A DNA stretch of 56,816 nucleotides, filler included, from Perkinsus olseni (lineage: Eukaryota), in assembly GCA_013115125.1 (NCBI GenBank). It is 3 parts of 3 records of this genome, joined end to end, with 100 filler letters (N's around TTAATTAATTAA, not from the genome) between each part and the next. Parts side by side here need not be neighbours in the genome. Positions count along the whole stretch, not along the records: positions 19,127 to 37,932 come from JABANN010000608.1; 2 more parts are not named here. One strand, 5' to 3'. This document shows positions 24,119 to 36,514 of this stretch, in pieces. The notes under the pieces were generated by a model. It was not told where the DNA came from. It searched no databases and worked only from the letters and a program-made list of their open reading frames with translations. Made by a program: the position numbers and the translations under genes. Position 1 is the first letter of the stretch. Every line of letters begins with the position of its first letter.

Positions 24119-24693
24119 TTCGAGGAAAACATATCTTAGGTTGACCCATGCAAGACGCGGAATATGTCGTTTCTGAATTCATTCACATGTTTCGGATACA
24201 TCACATTGCTTGTGTACTTTAGTGTGGTAATAACTGTTCGCTTTTGCACTCCTCATCATTTATCAGCTCTTCCAAACAGTGTCCGGGTGTCCTGTGGCGG
24301 ACCGATGGCTGGAATACGGTAAGTATCCGTGAAGCATCAACAGCTACATCCTTGTGCCTGTTTTCGGCAATTATCTCGCGGCCATTGATTCGTGTCATAG
24401 GTGACGGCTGTCTGAGTAGGGTGGTCCGACCACCCAGACCCCCAGGTGCTAGAAACATCTCCACTGGGGCCAGTATCGCTAGTTCTCCCACCCTCTGTCC
24501 ATCGCCATGTCCACGCAGTCTGCACGGTCATATATGCGCAGTCATTGTATGCTTTGTCATAACGGCCCAACAAATATGTATCTCAAATCAACTTAGGAAT
24601 GAAGTGTCCAAATTGATAGACGTCTTGACCTTGTGACTAGCGCTCGCCCCGGCGATCGATTATTGCAGTTCTGCCAGGGTTGCTTTTTATTTT

Positions 24694-25678
24694 ATGAGTT
24701 GGGGCGCCGTTTATTTGGATATTCATCGTCGTCGTCCGGGGTTTCCACGTGAAGATTCGATCAGTTCGGATGACGAATCTTGGGAAGAGTGGGAGGAGTC
24801 CGACGAGGAGTCGGAGGAGCAGGATGGAAGTGTAAGCTGCAGGGATCGATCCGGGGACCTTTCGATGGAAGAATGCCCTCGGTGAACTCGATCGTTTGGT
24901 AGGTGGTAATGCCGCCTCCCTGGCGGAGAGGATCTCCTCGGCGATGGATGGGTGGGATGATGCCGCCCCCCGAGCGTCCACCGCCCCCTTCCAGTGATGA
25001 TGATAGCGATAGTGACTATGGTAATGGGAGGGCTGAGAGCTTCTCGAGGCTAATTAGAGAGGGGATAGGGGTTTACTAGGAGGTCGCAGGTTCTACTCCC
25101 ACAATCCTCGTTTTTCGCCTGCTCGCTTGACTGGGAATCGACTTGTCATCGCATTTCAGTCGAACCACCACCCCGCTGGAATCCTGCCGCCGCCAACTGG
25201 TCCGATCGTGACAGTCCTGTCTGGCGCGGCCCTCCCTGGACGCGAGGTGAGACATTTTGCTGTAAATTGCCGTCACTGTTTTCATCACTCCGCAAGAAGA
25301 TGGAAAAATTGTAGTTCGAATAGGTTCTTCGGAACTCGCATTTGCTATGTCAGCTATACCCTATTTCCCCTCTCTCAGGCCCTCCTTCTCCTCAATGGTG
25401 GTGTAACTCTCCTTCTGGATACGAAAGAGATACGACCACTGATGATGACGGAGGCTCGTCTGAGGATGATAGAAGTCCATCGCCGCCGAGGCAGCGCCGA
25501 AGGATTGTAATACCAGAGGGAGCACCTGTTGTTGCTGGGCTGCTTCGTTACTGTCTTATTCGTGCTCTTCCAGTATTCCCCGTCGAGCCCTCAAGTTCAT
25601 GTAACGGAATTCAGCCCTGGGTTGTGGAGGGCGGCTGCAGATGTCGCTCGGGGAACGTTCAATCCTCCGCGTCCGAGT
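24694..25678 (+). CDS. Low-complexity acidic/Pro-rich exons of a hypothetical protein, possibly the 5' part of the U-box gene
   Basis: ATG at 24694; exons DDESWEEWEESDEESEE, PPPERPPPPSSDDDSDSDY, DDDGGSSEDDRSPSPPR separated by short GT-AG introns. Confidence 0.45.
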
Positions 25679-26479
25679 AGTTACCGTCCAGAACAGAGTA
25701 GGGTCAAACGGGATGGGCCTTGGGGTTTCGGTATCTCATCTCGATCATAGACCGAGGATGATGTAGATGATATTGTGAAACATTTTCGAAGGTCGTAGGA
25801 TAATATCTTAGATTTACATATTTCTTGTGTACTTCGTGATCGAAATATGATAATGAAAATGACATGAGACTGTGGAGCATACGAGTAGTCGGATCTACAT
25901 CGTTGCCATCGCTAAAATCGCAATACGTCAAAGCTTTCCGAATAAATGTGAAATGAGCTTGGCGAACAGTGAAAAATCGGTGAAAAATCAGTGAAAAAAT
26001 CAGTTTAAATTGAATCAGTTCGCTCGTTAATTTTGCGCTACTCGGATCAAGGCAAAAATGCTAAGTGAACGCATTCAACTCAGAGTTATCTCCTCTCCAT
26101 GTGCAATGATACGCCTCGAATCACGAACTTTGTAATGCAATATATTGTGCTCACGCCGCACACGACGGCTCGTGTGTTGTTTGGTGGTTTTCGAGATAAG
26201 CAAGCTCAGTTGGGTCAGGCTATGAGATCATGGCGAGTATGAGACCACGATCTACCCCAGCGGCAGCCATTTCGAGGCGCATTCACTGCATGTTGAGAAT
26301 AGCTGTCGCTCTCACTGGGTAATGGTTGCTCGAGAAGCGGCCTTGCATGATGCAAGGTGCTATAGTTGATGCAAGTTGCATCAACTATAGCCACGACCTC
26401 CAGTCGAGGAGAGCAGTGCTCTTTGGCTAATGCCGGTGAGTGCCAACCTCCACTACTCTGCGCCGCGGTTTGCGATGAG

Positions 26480-27070
26480 TGCGCCTAACGGCACCCTAGG
26501 TGGTTGAGGCTGTGCATGATGAGACTATGGAGCACCGTGGATCTTGACTTCAACCCTCGATGGTCTGTCGCTCCTGCGCTTGTGAAGTGCTGTCGGTCAT
26601 TTACTGAGCCCCAGATCGTCTCGAGGCCGGAGCCATGAGACTGTTGTCACGGGAATGGATCCTCAATGTGGGGTGTTGTTGCGTCCCAAATGACACATCG
26701 AGTAGAAGGATTCAACTTGAGTCATTCAAGTTTATCGTAGCCGCCAATCTCAGGAGCGGCGCGAGGAGGGATGGAAATTCCATCATGTAGAGAAGAAGCC
26801 TTAACGGATCTGACCGATTTAGCGTGGTCGGTTGAAGGCCGGAGGGCTCTGTCAGCAGTGACGAGGCCCACGGAATTGTTGACGTTGATGAGTGGTGGGA
26901 GACAAGTTTACGCTGCCGATAGAGGAGAGCACATGACTCCCTTGGTCCTCCATCTGTTCTTCGTCGTTTGAAGTTAGACGAACATCTAGCTAAGTACGTG
27001 TGTGGACCTGAAGAACGAGTGATCGCTCGGTAGTGTCACCCACGGAGTGCTTATGGTGGGCATTGGGATA
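26480..27070 (+). mobile_element. Possible decayed LTR-retrotransposon integrase fragment
   Basis: VEAVHDETMEHRG resembles the integrase HH zinc-finger half; many stops and frameshifts; no LTR seen. Confidence 0.25.
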
Positions 27071-27106
27071 TCCGTACATCATCAGCAACGAGGATTTCGT
27101 CCTCTG

Positions 27107-27204
27107 CCGTACGAAGCCACTGTGCGACCGAGGAGGAGTAATATCTAAGAAAAACCGTACGAAGCCACTGTGCGACCGAGGAGGAGTGATATCTTAGAAA
27201 AACC
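27107..27204. repeat. 48-bp tandem duplication
   Basis: CCGTACGAAGCCACTGTGCGACCGAGGAGGAGT-R-ATATCT-W-AGAAAAA at 27107 and 27155, two mismatches. Confidence 0.92.
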
Positions 27205-27456
27205 ATGACAACATAGAGAACCACATGACGTATCGGGAAGCTGCAGGGCTACCAGAACCACTGTTGGTTTGATCTCAGTGGCGTGAGGCTGATTAACTAT
27301 CATGTTCATACGATATCCCTAGTACACTGATAAGAGTCGCTAGGAGTGCTTTACTACACTGAGTTGTCCGTTCCACGTGGATGTTATCAATTCATGCTAC
27401 TTCTGGGAAAACAGTAACACAATGGTGGGGGCGAAATCCGCCGCAGCACCCTTCAG

Positions 27457-28764
27457 CGCTGTTATCGGCAGTATGAGTGCTGTCTCCGAAGTCGACCTTA
27501 TCGGTATTTTCAGGAGACGTCCCGGATCGGGCAGAGGACCGCAGGTGGAGGCCGCAGAGCAGAGAAGAGCCTCCGGGACGGTGAGTGAGATGCGGCGTTT
27601 TCGCCGTTGAGTTGTCTGACGTCAGGAGGTCACCATCTGTGAGAGACTCGAGCCCTGGATCAGTTATGAGAGGACGAGAACAGTGGGGATATGAGAGTGG
27701 AGGAAGTGTAAGTCGAAGCAAGATGAGCAAGATAGAGAGCAATTTCTGATTTTGGGCCAGATATCGGACGACAGCAGTGACTTTTATGATGGTTATTCGG
27801 ACGCATCATCAGTGTACTTCGAGCGGCGTTGGAGGCCTCCTACCATTCATATAGAGTTCAGTAGAGGCCCCTCCCCAGCAAGGCGACCATCCCTCTCGCC
27901 TCCCCCTCCTCGATACCGTCAGCAGGTGGCAGCAGCCGAGTGGCCACCCATGCTACCGGAGATTGCAGAAGAAAGGCTGAAGAGGCTGTGTGAAGAACGA
28001 GGGTAAGGCTTCCTGTCATACCTTAGTTGTCCAAATTTGGTAGAGAGAAACCAGTAGTCTATGGAGGCGTGTATACGAATCTTTCGGACTCTAATTAGTA
28101 TGATGAAATCAAACCGTGTGACAGACGCGAGAGTTTCGAAGCGTTACAGTTAATATTGACACGTACAGTCGGAATCGCCCTTAATGAAAGCGCAATGTTC
28201 GTAGTTCGACCTGAACGATGAGCATCAGCTCACGAGTGTGATGGAATTGGACAGAGTTTGGCCTTCCCTTCGGTAGTGGAGCTTGAAATCTGTTCGGAAG
28301 CTGGAGTCTTATGAGACCACCCTCGCGTGCTGCTCATGTATGGATCAATTCTCGGCTATCGCGCCGCTGGTACCACGAGCGAGTCTTTTGGGTAGTCGTT
28401 CGCGATTCATCATCCCGATTGCCATGGTAGCTATTTGAAGATTTTTCGCAGCAGAGCAGCTGTCCAGTCGAATATTGTTATACCTGTTGGAGTTCAGGCT
28501 AGATCCAGACACGTTCATGTGTCCGATCACTCGAGCTCCAATGAGGTCCCCAGCAGTGGCGTGTGATGGTCACACGTACGAGCGAGGAGCTATAGAAAGG
28601 TGGCTAGCGGGGAATGATAAATCGCCTATCACTGGTAGGCTTCGGCAGGAAGTTCGTATGGTGTGGTATGAGTTTATCCTTCAGGTTCGAGGATGATGAC
28701 TAGATTGGTACCAAACGTCTCGTTGAGGACGCTCATGTATTCACTGTTCTGTGGTAACAATTGA
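27457..28764 (+). CDS. U-box domain protein (putative E3 ligase); 5' extent uncertain
   Basis: LDPDTFMCPITRAPMRSPAVACDGHTYERGAIERWLAGNDKSPITG/SRMMTRLVPNVSLRTLM; stop TGA 28762-28764; Ser/Pro/Arg-rich upstream exons. Confidence 0.78.
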
Positions 28765-30320
28765 TATCTTATTTTTCACAAGTCGCCGCGTATTTTCTAC
28801 AATCACTCTCGTTGAGTTGAAAGATTTATAGTGTCGGGGAGTTGTAGAGCATTTCGTTGAGGCACGGCGGAGCGACGCGTATCTAAGCTTGAAGCTGGGA
28901 AGTCGCGGGAGGAGGCTGACCAGGCTGGTCAGATCAGCACTGTTCATGGTGGGGGTGTAGAAGAAGGACTTACGATTGGGACGGGGCTGCAGAAGCGAGC
29001 ATGATGGGAGGTCGCTGTACAAGCGTATCATCGGCGTAAGATATGCCTTTCCGCGGAAGTGACCACATGATCAAGACTTAGTACCATAAATTTCTCAACT
29101 CGCTATCGCTCTCCGTTATGCTCCCCTCTCATTCCACCAATAGTGATTAGAATTCATAGAAATGAACAATCGCGATCATCTCGACACTCCGCCAGACAAT
29201 GGCGCCGTCGGAAAGCCGGGCGTCCCCCAAGGTGGGCGCTTGCTGCTGATGGGACAAACACTCTGGCTTCCTTGTGTCCCAGGGTATGCACCCAAACCGG
29301 TGTTGAAGCATACGGGCACCATCAAAAGAACAATGTCTCTCGAAGAGCTTTTTAGTGAGTCTCCCGGACACCCGAAAATTCTTTGCGACCTCGAAGGCCT
29401 TCCAGGCCTTAGCGTACTTATGAAAAAGCTTAAAAAAGCTTGGTATGGCATTAATCCAGGCGCCCGTCACCGATTTTTTCTCCTTATTTGTAATTCACCC
29501 AGTTTTCGCGCTTTCTACCGGCCAACAGCAATTTCTTTTGAAGCATTTCTCGAGAACGTCTGAGCATAGTACGTTCCAACTGAGTGGATGTTAATTGCAA
29601 GTCACTTCGGATTTACGGTCATTACTTCCGCTGCTGAGCCCATCGTAGAAGATCCTTTCCTGCGCTCAACACCTTGTGAGGGAGAATCCGTGCACCCGGG
29701 CTTGAATCGATGCAGACGCATCCGTTGATGCTCAGCTGCTCTTTTACATCGGAAAGAAGGATATACTAAATTGAATGGAGCGATCGAAGGCTTAGTGTAG
29801 TTTAGCCTGAGAGCCGACGCAGCGGTGTCTGCATACCGTAACGCACAATCGTACCGTTCTACTACACTTGGACACCCGACCTTCGACACGAGAAATAAGC
29901 TTATAATCGGCACGCTTGGCTCTCAGAGGCGTACGACGAAGACGACTCAGGATGCCTGGACATAAAGGAGCTCGGCCATCTACTGCGATCCATCGGCTAC
30001 TCTCTACCTCAACGTTGTATAGAAGAGTGAGAATCGGGCCATGCACACCGCGGGATGTGAGGGACTCGACAGGCACGTGTTACCCCAAGTGACCACTGGC
30101 GAGGGCAGTAATGCAGTGAGAGTCGAACAGCTCTCTCGCGTTGTAAGAAGCCACCTCGGCATCACCTTGCGGGATGCGACCAATCTCTCTTCAAGGGAAG
30201 AGGAATCTCAGAAATTTCAGCGCAGAAAGTTTACACTGTAAAGTTTGATCCTTCCTATTCTCGACCATACCGAGGGTTTCCGGAATCCGGATCATTCAAC
30301 CCTTTCTCAACTTTTCACGT

Positions 30321-31553
30321 ATGCAGATAGAGTTGGTCAAGGAAGTGTCGAAGCGACGCGATGCACCTCCAGATGGGCTGACAGATGGATCGGAACAGGA
30401 GGAAGACCTGGCGTCTGCTGCCCAGCAGCTTTACCGTGCACTCAAAGAGGTGTCCATCAGCCTCAGTGAGGCTGCCCTTCTAGAGTTTAGGATTTCGAAG
30501 TCGCTGTTGGTAGATGGAGAGAAGTCTCTGTGGGGTCGACCGATCGAGGAGCTCGTCGATGAACGCATAGCTACTTGGGATCCACGGACATGTCGAGGAA
30601 GTGAGCACAACTGCCACCAGACTGCGATGACTGAAATCATCGGTACCGAATGATCATTTGACATAGATGAGTGACACGCTCGTTTTACTGAGCTCCTGCT
30701 TGAAGAAAAGGTCGCAGTGAAACTCAAAAACGCGGTCCGAGCGTACACCCTTCTTCAAACCGTTACAAATTTTGTAATACAAAACTCAAGAGGGTTGAAG
30801 AAACCTTGAGACTCCCAAGGAACCTAGCGTTGAGCTTGGCTGAGATGTCCAAACTTGCGAGATTCCCATTGCTATCTTCTCAGCCCGTAAGGCACCGGCA
30901 CCAAAGCAGCGTGAGATCGCTCATGAAAGAGCTAAGCTGTAAACTAAGATACCCTCACTCGCTGCACTTATGCAACAGGTACGCTCTCGCTAAATACACA
31001 TTAGAAATGATAGGCCGAGAAATAGACATGGGCCAAGCCATGTATAATTCTTTGAGAGGGGATCTCAATCAGAGCCACAGTGGGTGCCTCTGCAATCGTT
31101 AAACCCTCGAAAGATACGCTTTCGAGAAGGTACTTTCAAGCGAGCTGCGAACCGAGGCAGGCAAATATTCGAAGGATTCGCACAGGAGAATGTTAGGCGT
31201 TGCGAATGGATGATGCGTCGGGCGATGGGCCTCCGTTCTCCAGTTCGCCCTAGTATCGGTCCGCGATGCTCTGGGGGCTGAAGTGCAGTCTTTGGACAAA
31301 GTATACAGAGACACCAAAGCCAGACACGAGGCCGAACAGGCTGAATATCATCAGGAAAAGAAGAGTGGGTTTGAGTAGCTTTCTGTTGCGAAGGCAATTG
31401 GGTGTAGGGCATGAGAGGTTTATTGAACGCTGTGCTGAGCGGAAGAGGGCGAGCGAGGCCCGTGGCGATCTGCTGGCTGAAACAGCGGTTGAACTCGTGA
31501 GTTCGTGGGAGCCTCTTAGTGGGAGGCGTGGGAAGCGAGGTCGTAGGTTGTGA
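30321..31553 (+). CDS. Hypothetical spliced protein (helical, unknown)
   Basis: Protein-like segments (IELVKEVSKRR...EELVDERIA; RYALAKYTLEMIGREIDMG; RFIERCAERKR...) near plausible splice sites; full structure not resolved. Confidence 0.3.
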
Positions 31554-33193
31554 TGAGTGGGTATCTTAGGTTGAAGAGCGGAACTTACGAGTTGCCGAGT
31601 ATTCTGAACTCGTACGGGATAGAGAAGTTCAACTTCAACTTGACCGCATCCTTCAGTTAGAAGAAAGCAAGCGACAGGTATTCAGACTTCTTGTGGCCAC
31701 CACCTTATCTACCGCGGGCAAGGTATCATGCTCGACATGCTCGGATATCGCAGGCATATATAAGATTCTAATTGTTGGGGATTTTCATCGACAGATTGGA
31801 AACGCGGTTTTGCTTTTCCGAGCAAAACGCGTTTTGCACCGATCATTCATCAAGTGAACAGTTGCTCGGCAAAAAATCAATGGATTGTTTGTTTACGATA
31901 TGATATCGTATTGATCTAATCATTGTGTACTTTTTGCGGATGGTTCAATTTTGGGTCCGCGACGGACCCTAGTAGGGTCACACTATGACAAAGTCTGCTT
32001 CGCGCAGTACGCTTGAAAGTGTCGAAACGTGGAAGGTGGCCACGGAGTTGAGGTTAGTAACCTCAGGGTAATACCCAGCCTCTTGCATGTGAGATGAGCA
32101 GAAGTCGTTCATTGTGATGCATCCGGGACTAATTTGTACCGCGAGAAATTCCAGCTGCTGCGATGGTCCAGTCTGCGCAGTAGACAATCCGAATTCGGCA
32201 GATCTTTCTCGTGATCAAACAAGTCTCGTTACCGTAAGTGTTGGTCTTAGATACTACTCGGGCTGCTTGAAGATGTCAAGACATTCATTGATGATAGCCT
32301 CTCGGTATGCCTTGACAGCAGGAATTCGGTGAGTTATGGTACGACTGGCGGCGCAATTGCCTCGCCTGTTCGGACGCTGACCCAATTGAATCCAGGATCC
32401 CGGCCTCGATTGACTTCCTAGAAGTCGCGGAGTTCGTCAACAAATCGGAAAAGATGGAAAATCAGAATACGGGATATGATCGGTTTCCCCTTGTCTAACC
32501 AGGTTCAAGCTGAGGTACATCTCTTGCAACATGAAATCGAAGATCTCATCTCCCACGAACGGCAAGAAACTCCATCCATGCCTTAGTTATGTACCGTATA
32601 GCATCTCTAAGCTGCTGTTTTTGCTGTTGCAATGGTATGGAGTTGATCAGTTCACGAAACTCCTGTTCGATGATCTAATTAGCTCGATGATACAGGGTGT
32701 TTGAAGAAACCTCCTAGCCTGAAAAGACGAAGTATAGCCGGACGGAGAACGCAGGCCGCGGGTGGGTGAGAACGAACAAATCTTGTCCGACAGCGCGGTC
32801 ACCGACGGTTGTATGCATTGATCGTCTTCTGTGAACCCTTCGGTAAAAATATCCCACGGTCTTCCAGGCTAGACTGATGAGAACACTAGTCCAGACTTGT
32901 CTCAATAACAATATCAATACCCACTATGATAGAGAATACCCATTCTTAGCCACAATATAAATTTATATCAACGTAGGTGGCTGATGGTAACCACGAGAGT
33001 GATACTTGATATACATTTACTTAACGATCAATGATTAAGATCACAACTGGCGTACTAGTTTGAGGATACTTCAGCCATCCGCTGAGTGTCCTGAGGACCA
33101 CAGGGTAAAAGAGACAGTCTGCATAATTTTCGCAGCTTCCTTTGCGTTTTTGGGGACACGATTTGCGCAGTATTTGTTTCCTCTGTTGTGTGA

Positions 33194-35872
33194 ATGCCGT
33201 TATTATTCTCCAGCAGCAGCCGCAGCCGCCGCGGTCGGAAGGTCCCTATTGGGTTCGGGCTGTTGGCCCTTGCCGTCACTCTGTGCATCGGAATGTAACA
33301 ATCAACACTCGTTGCCTCTTGCCGAGCTCAGCCTCCGCCTTCAGTGAAATCGGCGTCCTGTGGTCGGAGATGATGGTGGGCTCGTCAGTCCAAGTAGGAG
33401 AAACCTTCCTACCAGATGGGAGCTTCCATTCAGGAAGACGGCGCTCGAAGTTCAGCGTCATTCCCTGAGAGTATGCCACTTGGCCAGGAGCCTGATATGC
33501 GCAATTACGAGCGCGAGAGGGACGAGTTGAAAAAGAAGGCAAGCCTTGTGGCGATCATCTCAGTTGGGGAATCTTGACCAAGGTTGCCTCCCTCCAAGAG
33601 GAGCTCGCGGAGATGAAGAACAGTTTGAGAAAAGAAACTAAGCCGAATCCTATAACGACACCCGTGCCGGCTGCAAATATCCGAGGTTGACGCGAAGTTC
33701 CGACAAGCTCGATGTCAGTTGTCTTTTGCGCAGGGTCGGGGTCTCGCGAGGAGCGTCTGCACTTGGAGACCTTGAAGGCGTCCATTGCGGCTAGTGAATC
33801 GTCCACACCACTGATCGGCGTCCTAGTGATAGCCTGCAGAAGAGCTCAGTACTTGGACAGAGCCCTCACGTCGTTCACCAAGAATCGTCCCGATGGTGGG
33901 CGAGGTCCCGGGTTCTACTCCCAGCTGGGTCATTTTTAGCAACCCACCTGCCAATCGTTGTGTCCCAAGATGGACACGACCCGGGAGTCAAACAACTCCT
34001 TGAAAATTCCCAATGGTCGTCTATAGTGTAAGGACACTGAGGCGACGGCGTCGAGAGACGGTCCGATCAGATATAGCATGCGCCATGAACAAGGGCATGG
34101 GAATGGTTACGAGAAACTAGCTCAGCACTACGGCTGGGCTCTCGGAAGGATGTTCGATTATCTTGGCTTTAAGCAGGCAAGATATGTTTGAGCTCGCCTC
34201 AGCAGGACACCTTTCCTCTGCTCGGAGGTCGTCTTCTCGGTCCAGGATCAAGCTTATCATGTCGCTCACGCTGTGAGCTAAGATACCTTTGAGCATCCCA
34301 CAATTATTCTCGAACACTTTCAGCTCACTGATAGGTTATCATCCTCGAGGAGGACATGGAGATCGCCCCCGATTTCTTCAACTACTTCCTCGCCTCCCTC
34401 CCCCTACTAAAAACAGATCCGAAACTCTACTGCGTCAGTGCATGGAACGACAACGGCTACGAGACGGCTGTACATGACCCCAGGATGATGTACGGGAGTC
34501 ATGGTTGGGCTTCCCTAGCTCAAACCTCTCCTTGATAGATACCGGACGGACTTCTTCCCAGGCCTGGGATGGATGCTGACGTCAGAGCTGTGGGCTGAAG
34601 TTAGATCTCGATGGCCATCAGGGTACCTCGCGGCCCGCCTATCACACTCATAGGAGTATCTTTAGTTACTGGGACGAGTTTATGCGTCGTCCTGATGTGC
34701 GTAAGGGTAGACACTGCCTTAGACCGGAGATAAGCCGGTAGGTCGCCCTTGATCCGCCTGGGAATGCAGAGGCTCCTCACCTTACCATGCGCATACGATG
34801 ATAAGATTTCAGCTGATCTGATCAAGCCCACATCTGAAATCTGATCAGATCAGAAATTAGGTCGATTCAGCTAATTTGTGATCGGTGCGTGTTAAACGTT
34901 TTGGCAGCGGTGTAGCGAACTCTTGGCTACACTGGCACCAGCAGGTTACGCCGAGAGGGATTAGATCGTGAAGAACTTCCTCGGACCGCAAGCTCAGGTC
35001 GTATACATTCGGCGAAGAGGGACAATCCCAAGGGCAGTACTTCGCAGCACACCTGTCGAGAATCAAACTCAACACCGATTTTGTTGACTTCCTCTCGGAC
35101 ACTGCTCGTCCGCTCCGTCATGTTGAGAATGAGGAGACCTTCGATCGATGGCTCATGAATGAAGTAAGGGATTACTGTTCTGAGCAGGAGCATAGCCGGT
35201 CTGTGCGAGTTCGAAGTCCAACGCTGGTAACCAGCGGCTGGTCCCGGCTTACAATCGTGGCGATGTGCTCGATAAGGGGCTGTCTGCAGCGCTGCTGTTC
35301 GCAGTGCAACGGTTCGTCCAGAAGCCTTTATAAAGGCTACCTTACAATTGGTGTATTCAGATGGACCAACCTTCGTCTTACTTGGGTTTGTTCATTCAAA
35401 GCCATGATGTTTCTTCGCGCTTCCTTTTCATATCAATATTGACTAACGTCGCGTCTCGCACTGAAGCTTTATTGTTATTCGCGTTGGAATAACGATGAAG
35501 CTTTTGTTGAGTGTTTGTGTGTAATTTCGATGATTATTATAACCTGTTCGCTCATCATACTCGGAGCAGTAACTTTTCAGATGAGCTCGTGTGTGAAGGT
35601 TACTCTGGCTGCCTTCGACGGTGAACTCGCCGGGGGTCAGGGGAAATGCTTTCGGATTGAATATCGGGACAGCATGTAAGGACCAGTACCATCAGGCACG
35701 CTCAAAGACCATTGTTGTGTCTCTTAGGTATCATGTTTTTGCTAGTCGTTTCGGGCTGATGCCAGACGAGAAGGAAGGCATTCGGCGAACTGCTTACAAG
35801 GGTGTTCTGATATTCTACTTCCAGAAGCATAGGATATTCCTGTATGACACTTGGCCAACCTCATTTTCATAA
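33194..35872 (+). CDS. MGAT1: Alpha-1,3-mannosyl-glycoprotein beta-1,2-N-acetylglucosaminyltransferase I (GT13), multi-exon
   Basis: Type II anchor GFGLLALAVTLCIG; VLVIACRR, PIVVSQDG, YEKLAQHYGWAL, VIILEEDMEIAPDFFNYF, LYCVSAWNDNG, YRTDFFPGLGWML, YWDEFMR, CLRPEISR/SYTFG, RTAYKGV. Confidence 0.92.
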
Positions 35873-36514
35873 CAACTGCGCACGAATGGCTGGATGACCG
35901 TCATGATGTTTGTAGCATGGACAATGCTTCCTCGAAAGATGCAATTTTTTGTGTCTCGGAGAGTGTGGGTTCTCCCGTCGGTCCAGGGACGTCAACGCTG
36001 GCGTCGAAGGCTTGTGATAACCAGTGACCCGCACGATGCCTTTCTCTTTTCGGCTCTACTCGACTATTATCGCAACTTGCAGTACCAAAGGTCTGAAGGG
36101 CTGAAGTGTGCAGGGTATTCCGCTATATCGAGTGTGGGCAGCAAGGCACTTTCTAGATATAATTTGAGATCGTTTGGACAGCGGTAGGATGAACCCAGCT
36201 CAATGTAGACCGTGGCACAGTGCAAAAGCGTCTGCCACCGTTTTTCAGAAAACTTCCGAAACGTCTTCTCTGTACATGTCCCGCCTGGGACTTGAACCTG
36301 CGGCCAACCTAGAAAGCCCAACAATGGTTTCGATCGATAAGACACAAAGTCGCGTGAATTCAGATTGCAGTGTCCCGAAGGAAGCTAGCGCATGACAAGC
36401 CCGCGAGACACGTAGTTCGGTCATATCTTGGTCAGTAAGGCCGTCTTACTTGAATGGTTCCACTAGTTGGTTTCGAATACTTAGTTGATCTTCCTCATTG
36501 TTTTTTCGTTACCA

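Noticed and set aside
29147-32600. Short protein-like minus-strand fragments at 29147-29470 and ~32250-32590
   Set aside because: Interrupted by stops or frameshifts with no motif I can assign; possibly transposon debris
34177-34334. GC-AG intron in MGAT1
   Set aside because: An in-phase GT donor 9 nt downstream (34186) gives an equally sensible protein; cannot decide without cDNA
36280-36310. B-box-like GGTTCAAGTCC on the minus strand (and a similar GAGGTCGCAGGTTCTACTCC at ~25080)
   Set aside because: T-stem does not pair and no other tRNA arms are present; the 25080 match lies in a probable exon
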